Assembly (NCBI GenBank): GCA_046290225.1
Contig: JBKAGE010000078.1
Location: forward strand, 384,001 to 448,000
DNA: 64,000 nt
DNA from: Bradymonadia bacterium
GTDB taxonomy: Bacteria > Myxococcota_A > Bradymonadia > UBA7976 > UBA1532
Direction: 5' to 3'
Program-made: the position numbers and the translations under genes
The notes under the pieces: model-generated
What the model saw: only the letters and a program-made list of their open reading frames with translations
Databases searched by the model: none
Told to the model about the DNA's origin: nothing
Shown here: positions 36,132-48,994 of the stretch, piece after piece
Position numbering within the stretch: position 1 is the stretch's first letter
Layout: each line of letters begins with the position of its first letter

Positions 36132-38558
36132 GTGGCCCAATCCAAGTCTCCCGGCCCTCAGGTGCTCCCGCTCGAACAACTGCGGTGGCGGTGTGATCCC
36201 GCCGTTTTTCAGCGCTACCGCAAGGTGAGGGCCAACCGCCCTCACATCATCGGCCAGCCCCGTGCCGTGGAGGCGATCCTCCTGGGCATGGAGATGGAGA
36301 GCCCCGGGTTCAACGTCTTCGTCTGCGGCCCCAGCGGCACGGGGAAGATGTCCACAGTGCGGGCACTCCTCGGCGAGGGCCCCGATCGTCGTCGCCCACT
36401 GCACGATTACGTGTACGTTCACCGCTTCGAGGATGCTGATCGCCCCCGTCTCATTCGGATGAAGGCCGGCGACGGTGCTCGCTTCAAGCGTCAGGTCGAG
36501 GCCTTTGTCGAGGGCCTGCCTGATCTGCTGCCCAAGATCCTCGACTCCGAGGGCGTATTCGGCCGTCGACAGCGCCTCGTGGAGGCCTTTGAGGCGGAGG
36601 AGAACGTCCTCGTATCCGACCTTGAGGTGCAGTGCGAGGAGTCGGGCCTGCAGCTGGCCCAGATTCAGATCGGCGAGGTGGCTCAGCTCGACATCTACGC
36701 GATCCACAAGAAGAAGCCCATCGACATCGAGGAGCTCAACGAGCTCGTGGCCCAGGGCAAGGCCAAGGTACCCCACCTCGAAGAGCTCAACGCACGCCAC
36801 GCCGAGCTCAAAGATGCTCTACGCACTCTGTTGGGCATCCTGCGCAAGCGGGCCCGCAAGCTGCACGACGAGGTACACGCCCTGGAGTCGAAGGCCGTCG
36901 CCGAGGCGCTGGCCCAGACCCTCAAGGAGCTTGAAGAGGACTTCCCCTTCCCCGAAGTCTCCGCCTGGATTGCCGAGGTCCGTGGTGCCATCACCGACGA
37001 TCTCGACGTCTTCAAGGCCGTCGAAGAAGAAGAGGCGCACCCTGAAGCCATCGCCGAGCTGCTGCACCGGCTCAAGGTGAACGTGGTCCTCGACAACCAC
37101 AATCAGAGTGGCACCCCGGTCGTCTTCGAGAACTTCCCCACCTTCACCAACCTGCTGGGCACGATCGAGCGTCCCACGGACGACACCCGGGCCACGGTGG
37201 ACTTCAACCACGTGAAGGGGGGCTCGCTGTTGCGGGCCAACGGTGGCTTCTTGATCCTCAACGCCAACGACGCCGTGGGCGAGGCAGGGGTCTGGCGGGC
37301 GCTGAGCCGCGTGCTCAAGACCCGAGAGCTGCAAATCATGCCCCCGGAGCAGTTCCTGGGCCACGGCAGCATCACCGCCCTGAAGCCCGAGTCGATCAAA
37401 GTCGACGTAAAGGTCATCGCCGTGGGCGATGGCGATCTGTACCGGGCGCTGTACGCCGCCAGCGAGGAGTTCCGTCGCATCTTCAAGATCAAGGCGGACT
37501 TCGACGACGTGATGCCCTGCACAGATCGCGGCCTGGAGCTGTATGCCGATCACTGCTGGCGCGTCACCTCAGAAGAAGGCCTGGTGACCCTCAGCGATCC
37601 TGCTCTGGCCCGTCTGGCCGAGTACGGGGTCCGCCTCGCAGAGCATCAGGGCGAGATCTCCACGCGGTTCAGCGACATCACCGATCTGCTCCGTGAGGCG
37701 AGTCACTACGCCCAGATCGATGAGGACTCAGAGATCTCCGTAGCCCACGTCGAGCGCGCCCTCGAAGCTCGGCGCCATCGCCACGCCCTGCCTCAGGAGC
37801 GCCTGAGCGCCCTCATCGAACGGGGCGTCATCGCCCTCGACGTCACGGGCTCCAGGGTGGGCACCATCAACGGCCTTACCGTGCTCGACCTCGCCGATCA
37901 CTGCTTTGGTCAGCCCTCTCGCATCACCGCGCGGTGCTTCCCAGGACACCGTGGGGTGATCTCCTTGGAGCGCGAGGTGGAGATGTCGGGGCAGATTCAC
38001 GACAAGGGCGTGTTCATCCTCTCGAGCTGGCTCCGGGCCCGATACGCCCCCGACGAGAACGTGGCCCTCTCCGCCACGCTGACCTTCGAGCAGCTCTATG
38101 ACGGCGTCGAGGGCGACAGCGCCTCCCTCGCTGAAGCCCTGGCCCTGTTGTCGGCCCTCACCCGCAGGCCCCTCAGGCAAGACGTCGCGGTCACCGGAGC
38201 GCTGGATCCTCGGGGCGGCATCCGCCCCGTGGGTGGCATCAACGAGAAGATCGAGGGTTTCTTCGACGTGTGTGACCACTTCGGACTCACCGGAGAGCAG
38301 GGTGTGGTCATCCCCCAGAGCAATATTGATCAGCTCATGCTCAAGCCCGAGGTGGTGCACGCCGTGTCAGAAGGGCAGTTCCACATCTGGGCCGCTGATC
38401 ACATCGACGAAGTGCTCGCCCTCACCCTCAACGAGCCGAACATCGGCGCCGAGGATGGCGAGGGCCGATTCCCCGCAGCGTCGTTCAACGCCGCAGTGGG
38501 CGCAGCGCTCTTGAGGATGACCGAGAAAGCAGGCCCCAAGCCCCCAGGAGCTTCATGA
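36132..38558 (+). CDS. Lon-family (S16) ATP-dependent protease, LonC/AAA_32 type
   Basis: IGQPRA, GPSGTGK, GSLLRANGGFL, IHDKG, EGDSAS catalytic Ser, GGINEKIEGFF catalytic Lys; no LonA N-domain. Confidence 0.92.
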   Translation: MAQSKSPGPQVLPLEQLRWRCDPAVFQRYRKVRANRPHIIGQPRAVEAILLGMEMESPGFNVFVCGPSGTGKMSTVRALLGEGPDRRRPLHDYVYVHRFEDADRPRLIRMKAGDGARFKRQVEAFVEGLPDLLPKILDSEGVFGRRQRLVEAFEAEENVLVSDLEVQCEESGLQLAQIQIGEVAQLDIYAIHKKKPIDIEELNELVAQGKAKVPHLEELNARHAELKDALRTLLGILRKRARKLHDEVHALESKAVAEALAQTLKELEEDFPFPEVSAWIAEVRGAITDDLDVFKAVEEEEAHPEAIAELLHRLKVNVVLDNHNQSGTPVVFENFPTFTNLLGTIERPTDDTRATVDFNHVKGGSLLRANGGFLILNANDAVGEAGVWRALSRVLKTRELQIMPPEQFLGHGSITALKPESIKVDVKVIAVGDGDLYRALYAASEEFRRIFKIKADFDDVMPCTDRGLELYADHCWRVTSEEGLVTLSDPALARLAEYGVRLAEHQGEISTRFSDITDLLREASHYAQIDEDSEISVAHVERALEARRHRHALPQERLSALIERGVIALDVTGSRVGTINGLTVLDLADHCFGQPSRITARCFPGHRGVISLEREVEMSGQIHDKGVFILSSWLRARYAPDENVALSATLTFEQLYDGVEGDSASLAEALALLSALTRRPLRQDVAVTGALDPRGGIRPVGGINEKIEGFFDVCDHFGLTGEQGVVIPQSNIDQLMLKPEVVHAVSEGQFHIWAADHIDEVLALTLNEPNIGAEDGEGRFPAASFNAAVGAALLRMTEKAGPKPPGAS

Positions 38559-39037
38559 GCCGCATCGACGCCGAGTACACCCTCGCCCACGCCGCCACTG
38601 ATCTCGAAGATCTGATCATCAGCGGTGCCTGGCTCGAACCCCTCACGGCCCGGGTGGGGCAACTCTCTGTCGATGCCTCTGAGCCCATCGATCGCGGCGA
38701 TATGGTGGAGCGCACCTATCGCCTCGTACCCTCGAGCACCCCCTTCCCTGGCTTCGACGGCGCCTGGACGCTGGAGACCATCTACACCCGCCCGGCCCAC
38801 CGCCTCGAGTACGTGGTCATCCCCCAGGATGCACGGCTGGCCCCCTGGGCCATCAACAAGGGTCAGGTGAGCGTTCACCCCGCGGGGGAAGGCCACACTC
38901 GTCTGGTCTTCGAAGGCATCTCTCGATGCCGACTGCCGGTGATCAAGCGTTGGGTGGATCGATGGGCCGCAGGGCGAACCGAGAAGCTCTTCAATGTATG
39001 GGTGGAGATTCTCACCCGGCAGCTTCAGGAGACCTGA
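38555..39037 (+). CDS. Hypothetical protein, possibly START/SRPBCC (DUF2505-like) fold
   Basis: ATGA coupling to lon; G.V.V.P.GEG.TR..FEG....LP.I...VD and C-terminal helix. Confidence 0.6.
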   Translation: MSRIDAEYTLAHAATDLEDLIISGAWLEPLTARVGQLSVDASEPIDRGDMVERTYRLVPSSTPFPGFDGAWTLETIYTRPAHRLEYVVIPQDARLAPWAINKGQVSVHPAGEGHTRLVFEGISRCRLPVIKRWVDRWAAGRTEKLFNVWVEILTRQLQET

Positions 39038-39112
39038 GCGGCCCAGGTGAGATAAGGGCCCCGTGAGAGGAGAGCCTGCCGTGGCGCAGGCTGTCTGGTA
39101 GGAGAGCTCCGG

Positions 39113-40357
39113 TCAGGCGCTCTTCTTGGCCTCGACGAGCTCGGGGCGCTCGCCGTTGAGCACCACGCCCTCGTGGATCACGCACTCACGGACGCCTTCG
39201 AGATCAGGCAGCTCGTACATGATGTCGAGCATGATCTCTTCCATGATGGATCTCAGACCACGGGCCCCGCTCTTGCGCTTCACGGCGGAGCGGACCATGG
39301 CCCGCATGGCCTCGGGGGTGAACCGCAGGCTGACGTTCTCCATCTCGAAGAGCCGCTTGTACTGGCGCACGAGGGAGTTCTTGGGTTTCCACAAGATCTC
39401 GTAGAGGGCGTCTTCATCGAGCAGCTCGAAGGAAACCTGCACCGGCAAGCGGCCGATGAACTCGGGGATCAACCCGAACTTGTGCAGATCTTCGGGGCAC
39501 ATGTGATGAATCAGCTTGTTGTAGTCCTGCTCTTTGTTCTTGGACTTCACCTCGGCGCCGAAGCCGATGGACGACGACGACATACGCTGCTCGATCACCC
39601 GGTCGATGCCGTCGAAGGCGCCGCAGAGGATGAACAGGATGTTGGTGGTGTCGATCTGGATGATCTCTTTCTGAGGGCGGGTACGGGCACCATCGGGGTA
39701 GATGGTGACCTTGTCGCTCTCGATCATCTTGAGCAGGGCCTGCTGCACGCCCTCGCCACCGACATCGCGGGTGCTTGAGGGCATGTCGCCTCGTCGGGCG
39801 ATCTTGTCGATCTCGTCGACGACGATGATGCCCCGGGAGGCACGCTCCACGTCGCGATCTGCAGCGATCCAGAGCGACTTGATGATGCTCTCGACATCTT
39901 CACCGACATAACCGGCCTCGGTGAGGCAGGTGGCGTCGGCGACGACGAAGGGCACGTCGAGCAGTCGAGCGAGAGCTTGGGCGATGGCGGTCTTGCCACA
40001 CCCTGTGGGGCCCACCATCAAGATGTTCCCCTTGAACAGCTCAACTTCGCTGTCATCGGGCGCATCGATGCGCTTGTAGTGGTTGTACACGGCCACCGAC
40101 AGCGCCTTCTTGGCGATCTGCTGGCCCACGATGTGCTCGTCGAGATAGGCCTTGATGTCTTTGGGGCGCAGATCGCGCCGATCAGGGGCATCGTTGACCT
40201 CGCCCTGGCCGTCCTGGGCGAGTATCTCGTTGCACAGCGCCACACACTCGTCACAGATGTGCACCTGTGGCCCAGTGATGAGCTTGCGGACTTCGATGGC
40301 CTCTTTGCCGCAGAAGGAGCAGCGGAGGTGGAACGTTCGGTTGGGCATTCTGCTCAC
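39113..40357 (-). CDS. clpX: ATP-dependent Clp protease ATP-binding subunit ClpX
   Basis: CSFCGK...ICDEC zinc finger, [36 protein letters not shown] loop, GARGLR. Confidence 0.96.
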   Translation of the reverse strand: MSRMPNRTFHLRCSFCGKEAIEVRKLITGPQVHICDECVALCNEILAQDGQGEVNDAPDRRDLRPKDIKAYLDEHIVGQQIAKKALSVAVYNHYKRIDAPDDSEVELFKGNILMVGPTGCGKTAIAQALARLLDVPFVVADATCLTEAGYVGEDVESIIKSLWIAADRDVERASRGIIVVDEIDKIARRGDMPSSTRDVGGEGVQQALLKMIESDKVTIYPDGARTRPQKEIIQIDTTNILFILCGAFDGIDRVIEQRMSSSSIGFGAEVKSKNKEQDYNKLIHHMCPEDLHKFGLIPEFIGRLPVQVSFELLDEDALYEILWKPKNSLVRQYKRLFEMENVSLRFTPEAMRAMVRSAVKRKSGARGLRSIMEEIMLDIMYELPDLEGVRECVIHEGVVLNGERPELVEAKKSA

Positions 40358-40401
40358 CCATTCAGTCTGATGGCCAAGGTATCACCGCGAAAAACCAGGT
40401 G

Positions 40402-41634
40402 TCAACTCGGCGACTGGGAGGTTTTGGGCCCCGATCTCGGAGGCCCGCTGCCTACCAAATCGGTCAACCGGGCCCCTTTGCTTGAAGGGTCTCTTCGGGG
40501 CATCTCCGAAGGGGGGCCTTCAGCGGCCGGGCGTACGGCGCCGAGGGTGTCACACCGCGGACAAATGAAGAACGGCTCGTCGGTGGTGTAGCCACAGCGG
40601 CCACACATCGGTTGACCCACCTGACCCAGCTCGTTGGGCAGGTGAACCAGCACCTCTCGAAGCTCGTGTTTCCAGTCCGAAGGCTCTCCGTGCTCGAGGA
40701 GCCACTCGTCGTACCGACGACGCACCTGCCACGCCCGAGGACGCTCGTCGAGGTGCGAGCGTAACAACCCCAGCGCACGCTCTACGGCGCCGGCGTCGAA
40801 GGCTGCCTGGGCTTCTTCGAGGACCTCCATCTCCGTGGAGGCTACTTCGACTGATGCCTCGGGGGGGAAAAGGGTCTCATCAAAACTCGACAGCCACGGC
40901 GCGAGGCGCACGGCTCGAGCGGAGGCCATGTCCTTGTCGGGCTCGCTGCTGTGAATCACCGCCCCGGCCACTGCCGGGAGCAGGCTCTCCGACGAGAGTG
41001 ACTCTGCCCGCTTGAGGGCCCGCTTCGCCCCCTTGCCCTGCCCCATCTGTGCGTACTCGAGGGCACAACCCGAAAGCAGCGCTGCCCAGACGTGGGGCGC
41101 CCGTCGTTTTCTCGGGACCTGGTCTTCATATCGTGCGAGGGCCTCCTCCCACCGCCCGGCCCGTACGAGGGCGGCGACGGCGAGGCCTGTGGGCAGCTCG
41201 GGCGTACGTCGGGCCCAGCTGGCGGCCTCAGCCACCTGCCCTGCGTCGAGGGCGAGGCGCACCTTCAAGGGGATGAGCCACCGTGCTCCTCGAGTCCGCC
41301 GGAGCAGATCGTCGATGATCTGCTTGGCGAGGGCCGCTTCGCCCTGAGCGTTGAGCACAGCCATCAGCCCCACGAGGGCATCTCGTCGGCCGGGGCCGCC
41401 CGCCTTCACCGCCTGCTCCAACACACGCCGGGCTCCCGCGAGATCACCGGAGAGCGCGTGATGCAAGGCGGCGCCGCTCCCCGGACCTGCCGGAGCAGCA
41501 GCGCGACGGGGCCGTCGCCGTCTGCGGATGATCCAGAGCAGCACGAGCAGCAACAGCGCGGCGAACCCGATGCCGATCCACTGGCCGTACTGCTTCACCC
41601 AGAGATTGAGGGTTTCGAGAAACGTGTCGAGCAC
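40402..41634 (-). CDS. LapB (YciM)-like protein: N-terminal TM, TPR-like helices, C-terminal rubredoxin-type knuckle
   Basis: TM helix plus Arg cluster; CGRCG.....FFICPRC; downstream of rpsA. Confidence 0.6.
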   Translation of the reverse strand: MLDTFLETLNLWVKQYGQWIGIGFAALLLLVLLWIIRRRRRPRRAAAPAGPGSGAALHHALSGDLAGARRVLEQAVKAGGPGRRDALVGLMAVLNAQGEAALAKQIIDDLLRRTRGARWLIPLKVRLALDAGQVAEAASWARRTPELPTGLAVAALVRAGRWEEALARYEDQVPRKRRAPHVWAALLSGCALEYAQMGQGKGAKRALKRAESLSSESLLPAVAGAVIHSSEPDKDMASARAVRLAPWLSSFDETLFPPEASVEVASTEMEVLEEAQAAFDAGAVERALGLLRSHLDERPRAWQVRRRYDEWLLEHGEPSDWKHELREVLVHLPNELGQVGQPMCGRCGYTTDEPFFICPRCDTLGAVRPAAEGPPSEMPRRDPSSKGARLTDLVGSGPPRSGPKTSQSPS

Positions 41635-41739
41635 GGTGCCTCTGACGAGTTGCGACTACGCCTATGGTCTATCACGACCCAGGGCAGAGCGTGAGAAACC
41701 ACCGCAGGTTGTCATGCCCGCAGGAAGAAATCCGGGCAT

Positions 41740-41771
41740 AAAAAAACCCGGTGCCGTCGCCAGCACCGGGT
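41740..41771 (-). terminator. Rho-independent terminator of rpsA
   Basis: Minus strand ACCCGGTGC-TGGCGACG-GCACCGGGT followed by a T-run. Confidence 0.85.
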
Positions 41772-41829
41772 CTCTTCAAGGTTGGGCGCCGAGGTTCACT
41801 CGACGCTCAACCCTCTGGAAGGGTGAAGA

Positions 41830-43608
<1,779 letters not shown>

Positions 43609-43680
43609 ATCTTTCTGTATCTCCTCCGGGCAGAATTACCCGAAGGTCCGTCGGCGGGGTACCGGCGGAAGCGGGGCGGC

Positions 43681-43709
43681 ACACTACGGATTTGTCGAGG
43701 AGATGTAAA
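43681..43709 (-). promoter_or_regulatory. sigma70 promoter of rpsA
   Basis: Minus strand TTTACA-17nt-TAGTGT. Confidence 0.65.
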
Positions 43710-43761
43710 GACTTTTGCCCGCCCTGGCGAGCGGCGGCCGAAGGGGCCCGGTGAGACGGCT

Positions 43762-45171
43762 TCAGTGAGCGCCGCGGCGGAACACCATGACCTTGATCGT
43801 TTCGAGGATGATCTGGATGTCGTACAGGATGCCCATGTTCTTGATGTAGGCCAGGTCGTACTGCAGCTTCTGCAAGCTGTCGTCGGCAGTCTCGGCGTAC
43901 CGGAACTTCACCTGAGCGAGGCCAGTGACCCCGGGCTTCACGAACAGGCGCTGCCGGAAGAACGGGATCTCCCGCTGCAGCTTCACCACGAAGTAGGGTC
44001 GCTCGGGCCGAGGCCCCACGAGGCTCATGTCCCCCTTGAGCACGTTCCACAGCTGGGGCAGCTCGTCGAGGCGGGTCTTGCGGATGAAGTTGCCGAAGCG
44101 GGTGACGCGGGGGTCCACCTTCGAAGCCAGCTGAGGCCCGGTCTTCTCGCTGTCGGTGCGCATCGAGCGGAACTTGTAGATGGTGAACACCTTGCCGAAC
44201 TCCCCCACCCGCTCCTGGGCGTAGATGGCGGGGCCCGGGCTCGTGATCTTCACCAGCAGCGCGGTGATGGCCATGGGGATGCCGGCGACGATGAGGCCGA
44301 AGAGGCTGGCGGAGATGTCGAGCAGGCGCTTGGACACCTTGCGCAGATCGCTGCGGCGGAACCCGTCGCTGAAGATCATCCACGAGGGCTTGAGATCGGT
44401 CAGGTAGATTTTCTCGGCGAACCGCTCATAGAGGGCCACGCCTTCGACGATCTCCACCCCCTGGAACTTGAGGTCGAGCAGATCGCTTACCGGCAGGTTG
44501 CCGCGACGATCGTTCATGGCCACCACCACCATGTCGGCCTGGCTGCTGCGGCAGATCTCCTTGAGCTGATCGCTGGTGCCCACGACGTCGGGCTCCACGG
44601 CCTCGATCTCTCCGGAGACCTCCGGAGGCTGGGTGTCGCCCTCGCGGCGGCGTCGGTCGTCCTTCTGGCCACGGAGCAGCCCCACCAGCCGGTAGCCGAG
44701 GGGCTCGCGCTCTTTGATCATGGTGCTCAGCTCCGCAGCGAGAGAGCCAGTGCCCATGATGAGGACCCGGGTGCGGGCCTGAGCGCCGATGTAGCGGCTC
44801 AAGATCGTCCGCCAGATCACGAAGATGATCGCCGAGAGCCCGAGGGCGGCGGCGAAGACCCGACGATCGCCGAGCTCGGTGAAGATGATGTAGGCCAGGC
44901 CACCGATCAACACGGCGAGCACCAGGGCGGCGATGAGCCGGCTCAAGAGCGCCCGCGGTGGGATGACCGAGCGGAAGTCGTATAAGTCGCTGTAGAAGAG
45001 GCTGGCCTGGAAGATCATGGCGAGCAGTACCCCCTTCATGGGGGCCAGGTACCAGCTGATCTCGAGGTTGGCGTCGAGGAGCGTCCACATCCAGGTGGAC
45101 ACGAGGAACATGGCGAAGAACAACAAGGTCTCCACCAGTGCCACGAGCAAGGAGAAACGACGACTCATCAA
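43762..45171 (-). CDS. Polyisoprenyl-phosphate hexose-1-phosphate transferase (WcaJ/WbaP/EpsZ-like priming glycosyltransferase)
   Basis: Four N-terminal TMs, Rossmann [48 protein letters not shown]. Confidence 0.93.
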   Translation of the reverse strand: MMSRRFSLLVALVETLLFFAMFLVSTWMWTLLDANLEISWYLAPMKGVLLAMIFQASLFYSDLYDFRSVIPPRALLSRLIAALVLAVLIGGLAYIIFTELGDRRVFAAALGLSAIIFVIWRTILSRYIGAQARTRVLIMGTGSLAAELSTMIKEREPLGYRLVGLLRGQKDDRRRREGDTQPPEVSGEIEAVEPDVVGTSDQLKEICRSSQADMVVVAMNDRRGNLPVSDLLDLKFQGVEIVEGVALYERFAEKIYLTDLKPSWMIFSDGFRRSDLRKVSKRLLDISASLFGLIVAGIPMAITALLVKITSPGPAIYAQERVGEFGKVFTIYKFRSMRTDSEKTGPQLASKVDPRVTRFGNFIRKTRLDELPQLWNVLKGDMSLVGPRPERPYFVVKLQREIPFFRQRLFVKPGVTGLAQVKFRYAETADDSLQKLQYDLAYIKNMGILYDIQIILETIKVMVFRRGAH

Positions 45172-45321
45172 TTCATCCGGGTGATTGTGGAGTCAAACAC
45201 GGGATGTGCCTTCAGTGGCCCGTCGAGCGGTAATCTGGTCGATGCTCCGCTCAAGCGGTGAAGGTCTCCGTGGGGCTGGACAGGCGCCATACGGCGAGGG
45301 GTTGAGGTCCGAGACCGCAGG

Positions 45322-46827
45322 TCAGGTGATGCCCTTCGGGGTCGGTCTTCGATTGTTTTCCGTCCTGATCTGCTTGCGCTGCTTGCGCTTGTCTTTGATC
45401 TGCATCGGCTCGTAGGAGGCGATGCTGACCAGCACCGGCAAGTCGGTCACACGCTTGAGTTCATACTCGTTGTATACGGTCTGATCGAAGTACACCATAA
45501 TCAAGGCCACGAGAATGCCCGCGAGCAGCGACACGATCCCGCCGAGGGCCAGGAGCACTTTGCGCCCCAATCCCACAGGGGAGATGGGCAAGTTCGCGGG
45601 ATCCTGAATCTCGAAGCGGTTCCCCCGCTCGGCGAGCTCCATCTGGTAGAGGGTCTTGGCCTCGGAGAGCTGTTTGTCGGCGGTGGTCATCTGCTTGATG
45701 AACCGCGCGCGCTCACGCTCCATCTCGTCGAGACGGGCCTGGACCTCGGGCACTCTGGGATTCAGCGCCTCGGCCTCTTTCACCTTGCGCTCGAGGTCAC
45801 TTCGCTTTCTCTTGGCGCGCTTGAGCTCACCCTTGGTGCTCGCGATCTCAGATCTCAGATTGGAGACCCGTGGATCATAGCCCCTCTTCTTCGGCTTTGC
45901 GTTGGGGCTGGTCGACCCGCCGAGGATCTCGATCTTCTGCTTGACCACTTTGACCTTGCTGCGCGCGGCCACAACATCGGGGTGAGCTGATGTGTACTGC
46001 TTCTCGAGCTGCCTCAAGTTGGCCCGGGCCTCGGCCAACTCGATCCTCGCAGCTTCGAGCCTCGGGTTCCGTGTGGGACCGCTCGCCTGGATCGGATCTG
46101 CGAGGATGGCGTTCAGCTCGGAGTAGAGGGTGGACAGCCTGATCTCGGAAGCCTCGATGCTCCCGCTGGTGATCTCGAGTTGCTGCAGCAGAGGCCCCAG
46201 GGGGTTGTCGATCTCGGATTGCTGGAGAGTCTTCCAATTGTCCTTCTTATAGGCGGTGATCTTCTCGTCGATCATCTGCAGCGAGCGATCGTACTCGTTC
46301 ACCATCTGCTGTGCCCGCTCCATGTTGACCCGGCGCTCTTTGAGCTCCTCGGTCTGGTTCTGCTCGATGATGAGCTTCGACAGGAAGTCGGTGACGAGCT
46401 GGGCCGTGAGCGGGTTCTTATGACTGAAGGAGACCTGGAACGAGTCTTTGCCGCGCTGGTTGACCCCGATCTTGGAGCGCATCTCGTTCACGATCCACTC
46501 CATCGGTTTGTTCTCCGACCGCTCCTTCTTGTAGAGGTCGTGCTCACCGATGATGCGCTCGAGGGTGGTGCGGCTCTTGAGCACAGGCACCAGGTTGTGC
46601 AGCGACGTCTGGATCTTCTTGCCGACGCCGGTGTTCATGTCTTTGAGCTTGGGCGCCTGGACCAGGATCAGCGCCTGCGACGTGAACTTCGGGGGCTTAC
46701 GCCAGACCACCACGCCGATGATGGTGGTGAGGGTGAAGAAGATGCCGAAGATGAGCCACTTCCGCATCATTACGCGGCGAGCGATCTGAACATAGTCGGC
46801 GATGGACTTGGGCTTGAAGAAGGCCAT
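45322..46827 (-). CDS. Polysaccharide co-polymerase (Wzz/GumC/EpsV-like), no fused tyrosine kinase
   Basis: Two TMs flanking a coiled coil; YT.AHPDV; IQDPANLP..P; ends LPVL.SI. Confidence 0.88.
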   Translation of the reverse strand: MAFFKPKSIADYVQIARRVMMRKWLIFGIFFTLTTIIGVVVWRKPPKFTSQALILVQAPKLKDMNTGVGKKIQTSLHNLVPVLKSRTTLERIIGEHDLYKKERSENKPMEWIVNEMRSKIGVNQRGKDSFQVSFSHKNPLTAQLVTDFLSKLIIEQNQTEELKERRVNMERAQQMVNEYDRSLQMIDEKITAYKKDNWKTLQQSEIDNPLGPLLQQLEITSGSIEASEIRLSTLYSELNAILADPIQASGPTRNPRLEAARIELAEARANLRQLEKQYTSAHPDVVAARSKVKVVKQKIEILGGSTSPNAKPKKRGYDPRVSNLRSEIASTKGELKRAKRKRSDLERKVKEAEALNPRVPEVQARLDEMERERARFIKQMTTADKQLSEAKTLYQMELAERGNRFEIQDPANLPISPVGLGRKVLLALGGIVSLLAGILVALIMVYFDQTVYNEYELKRVTDLPVLVSIASYEPMQIKDKRKQRKQIRTENNRRPTPKGIT

Positions 46828-46838
46828 ATTTCACCTGC

Positions 46839-48374
46839 TCACTGTGGGGCGCCGGGGCGAAGACCGGGGTAGTTGATCGTCAGGCCGAGCAAGAATCGAT
46901 GGCTGACCTGCTGGTCTTGACGATCGATGCCACTGAAACGGTGATTGTAATTGTAAGCAAGCGACAAAACCATGCGGTTGCTCAATTGATACAGATAATT
47001 CACAGCCCCCTGAAAGTTGTCACTCGTCAGGGCTGTGTCTCCGCGTTCCAGGGCTTCCTCCGGGGTTTCACCGGGCAACGCCACTACGAGGAGCGGCTGC
47101 TGCCTGATGTAGCCAACTGTAGCACGAAAGTTCGACTGGTCGATGAACTGGCCCAGGATGCTCACGGTGCCGCCGATGTTGTCGAACACCGCACCCAGCT
47201 CACTGCGCTGAATGGCCCGGAAACCCGCAAACTCATATCGCCACTGTTGCCAGGTGTAGATCAGCAGGCCCCGAGCGAGCACCCCGATCTGCTGCTGATC
47301 TGGATCGTCTACGGGGTAGAGCAGGTTCATCCCGAGCTCGGCCCCCACGGACCACAGCGGGGTCAGGTTGTAGGCGATGCCCCCTGATCCCAGAACGCTC
47401 TGGGTGGCTGTCTGGGCCCCAGCATCAACACCTTCCCGGGTGCTCACGGGCTGGAACCAGGTCCGGTTCCCTTGCAGGGTGAGGTTGAGTCGGGTGAGCG
47501 CAGCCGGGGTGTGCTCCCAGTTGATGCCCACGTTGAGCGCCTGGGAGTCGAAGAAGTTCAAGTTGAACTCTCGAATCAAGTCGCGGTCGATGAACAGCTG
47601 ACTGTCGAAGCCCGCCTGGGCAAGAATCCGCGTCGTCGGGGAGTAGGTGTACGCCACCCCGGCGAACTCCGTATGTCGGATATATCTTACAATGCTGATG
47701 AGGCGCGCGCCGGTGGCCCCTTGAGCGTTGATGCCCTGCTGATCCTCGGGGTTGGTCACCTCTGGCGTCTGCACGCCCCCCTGGTTCGGGTCGACTGCAT
47801 CTCCGGGGAGCTGCCCGCCACCGACCTGGGTGGGATCGAGGGCGGCGGTGCCGAGATCCTGTTCGGCCCGGAAGACCCCCCAGAACAAGTTGCCGCCAAC
47901 GTTGATCCGCCACCGGGGCGTGGGGGTGATCAGCGTCTGGATCAACACCGCTTGGAGCAGATCCTCAGGCTGTAAGATGAGATCCCCGGCCACCTGACCA
48001 CCGACGGTGTAGGCGGCGAGGGTGTCGGTCTTGGGGGTGAGATATCGGATCCCTGTGGCGCCGAGGATGCTGTAACCAGCGAGCGTACGGGTGTTCTCCG
48101 TGCGCTGAGTGGTGATGTCCTGCTGCTCGCCGTCTTCACCCCCCGTAAGCTCATCGAGCTGGCGGGTGTTGGTGGCCTCCAGGGTGCTGAAGACCGAGCC
48201 CGAGGCGAAGAACGTCCACGGTTGAGTCCGCCCGCCCAACACGCCACCGGCGCCGCCACCCCCCTGACCACCACCACCGATGCCAGCGCCACCACCGCCC
48301 TGCTGCTGAGCTGAGGCGCTGGCGCTGAAGGCGAGCACGGCGATCCCTGCCGCCCATGTTCTGAATCGAACCAT
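46839..48374 (-). CDS. Outer-membrane beta-barrel protein (EpsX/WzpB-like)
   Basis: Signal peptide, many amphipathic beta strands, C-terminal HRFLLGLTINY; lies between the OPX and PCP genes. Confidence 0.7.
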   Translation of the reverse strand: MVRFRTWAAGIAVLAFSASASAQQQGGGGAGIGGGGQGGGGAGGVLGGRTQPWTFFASGSVFSTLEATNTRQLDELTGGEDGEQQDITTQRTENTRTLAGYSILGATGIRYLTPKTDTLAAYTVGGQVAGDLILQPEDLLQAVLIQTLITPTPRWRINVGGNLFWGVFRAEQDLGTAALDPTQVGGGQLPGDAVDPNQGGVQTPEVTNPEDQQGINAQGATGARLISIVRYIRHTEFAGVAYTYSPTTRILAQAGFDSQLFIDRDLIREFNLNFFDSQALNVGINWEHTPAALTRLNLTLQGNRTWFQPVSTREGVDAGAQTATQSVLGSGGIAYNLTPLWSVGAELGMNLLYPVDDPDQQQIGVLARGLLIYTWQQWRYEFAGFRAIQRSELGAVFDNIGGTVSILGQFIDQSNFRATVGYIRQQPLLVVALPGETPEEALERGDTALTSDNFQGAVNYLYQLSNRMVLSLAYNYNHRFSGIDRQDQQVSHRFLLGLTINYPGLRPGAPQ

Positions 48375-48409
48375 CTCGAGCCTCCCGAGCTGCGTATCTC
48401 AGAGAAGTC

Positions 48410-48994
48410 TCAGGGCACGACGATGGTGTCGCCGGTCTGCAGGTAGATGTTGTCCTTGAGGCGGGTGCCGTTGATCACCGCGTCGTAATCGAAGAGCAGC
48501 CGCTTCTGCCCGTCGGGGAACCGACGGATGATGATGGTCTTGTGAGGGCTGGCGAACTCATTGAAGCCGCCGGCCATCGACAACCCCTGGAGCACGGTGA
48601 CGAGCCGGTTGGAGGTGTACCGGTTGGCGCCCCGCACGTTGCCCACGACATAGAACTCGTAGCTCTGCAGCTCGACGAGGGTCACGGTGACGATGGGGGT
48701 CTTGATGAAGGCGGCGAGCTTGCGCACGACCTGATCTTTGACCTCGGTGGGGGTCAGCCCCACCACCCGAATGTCGTCGATGAGGGGCAAAGTGATGAAA
48801 CCGTCGGGCCGCACCACCACGCGCTCAGCGCTGAAGCTGGGGTTGTCCCGAACGCTCACCTCGAGGATGTCGGCCACACCGAGACGGTACTCGGGGGCTG
48901 CGGTGGGGCTGGTGGCGAACTCACCCTTGGGCCCCCCGCCACAGGCGGTGAGCAGGGCAAGACAGATCATCAGCGGTGTCATCAGGCTGCGCAT
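48410..48994 (-). CDS. Short OPX polysaccharide export lipoprotein (EpsY-like; Poly_export + SLBB)
   Basis: Lipobox LTAC; YRLG..D.L.V, VRPDGFITLPLI; ends L..GDTIVVP without the Wza C-terminal helix. Confidence 0.9.
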   Translation of the reverse strand: MRSLMTPLMICLALLTACGGGPKGEFATSPTAAPEYRLGVADILEVSVRDNPSFSAERVVVRPDGFITLPLIDDIRVVGLTPTEVKDQVVRKLAAFIKTPIVTVTLVELQSYEFYVVGNVRGANRYTSNRLVTVLQGLSMAGGFNEFASPHKTIIIRRFPDGQKRLLFDYDAVINGTRLKDNIYLQTGDTIVVP

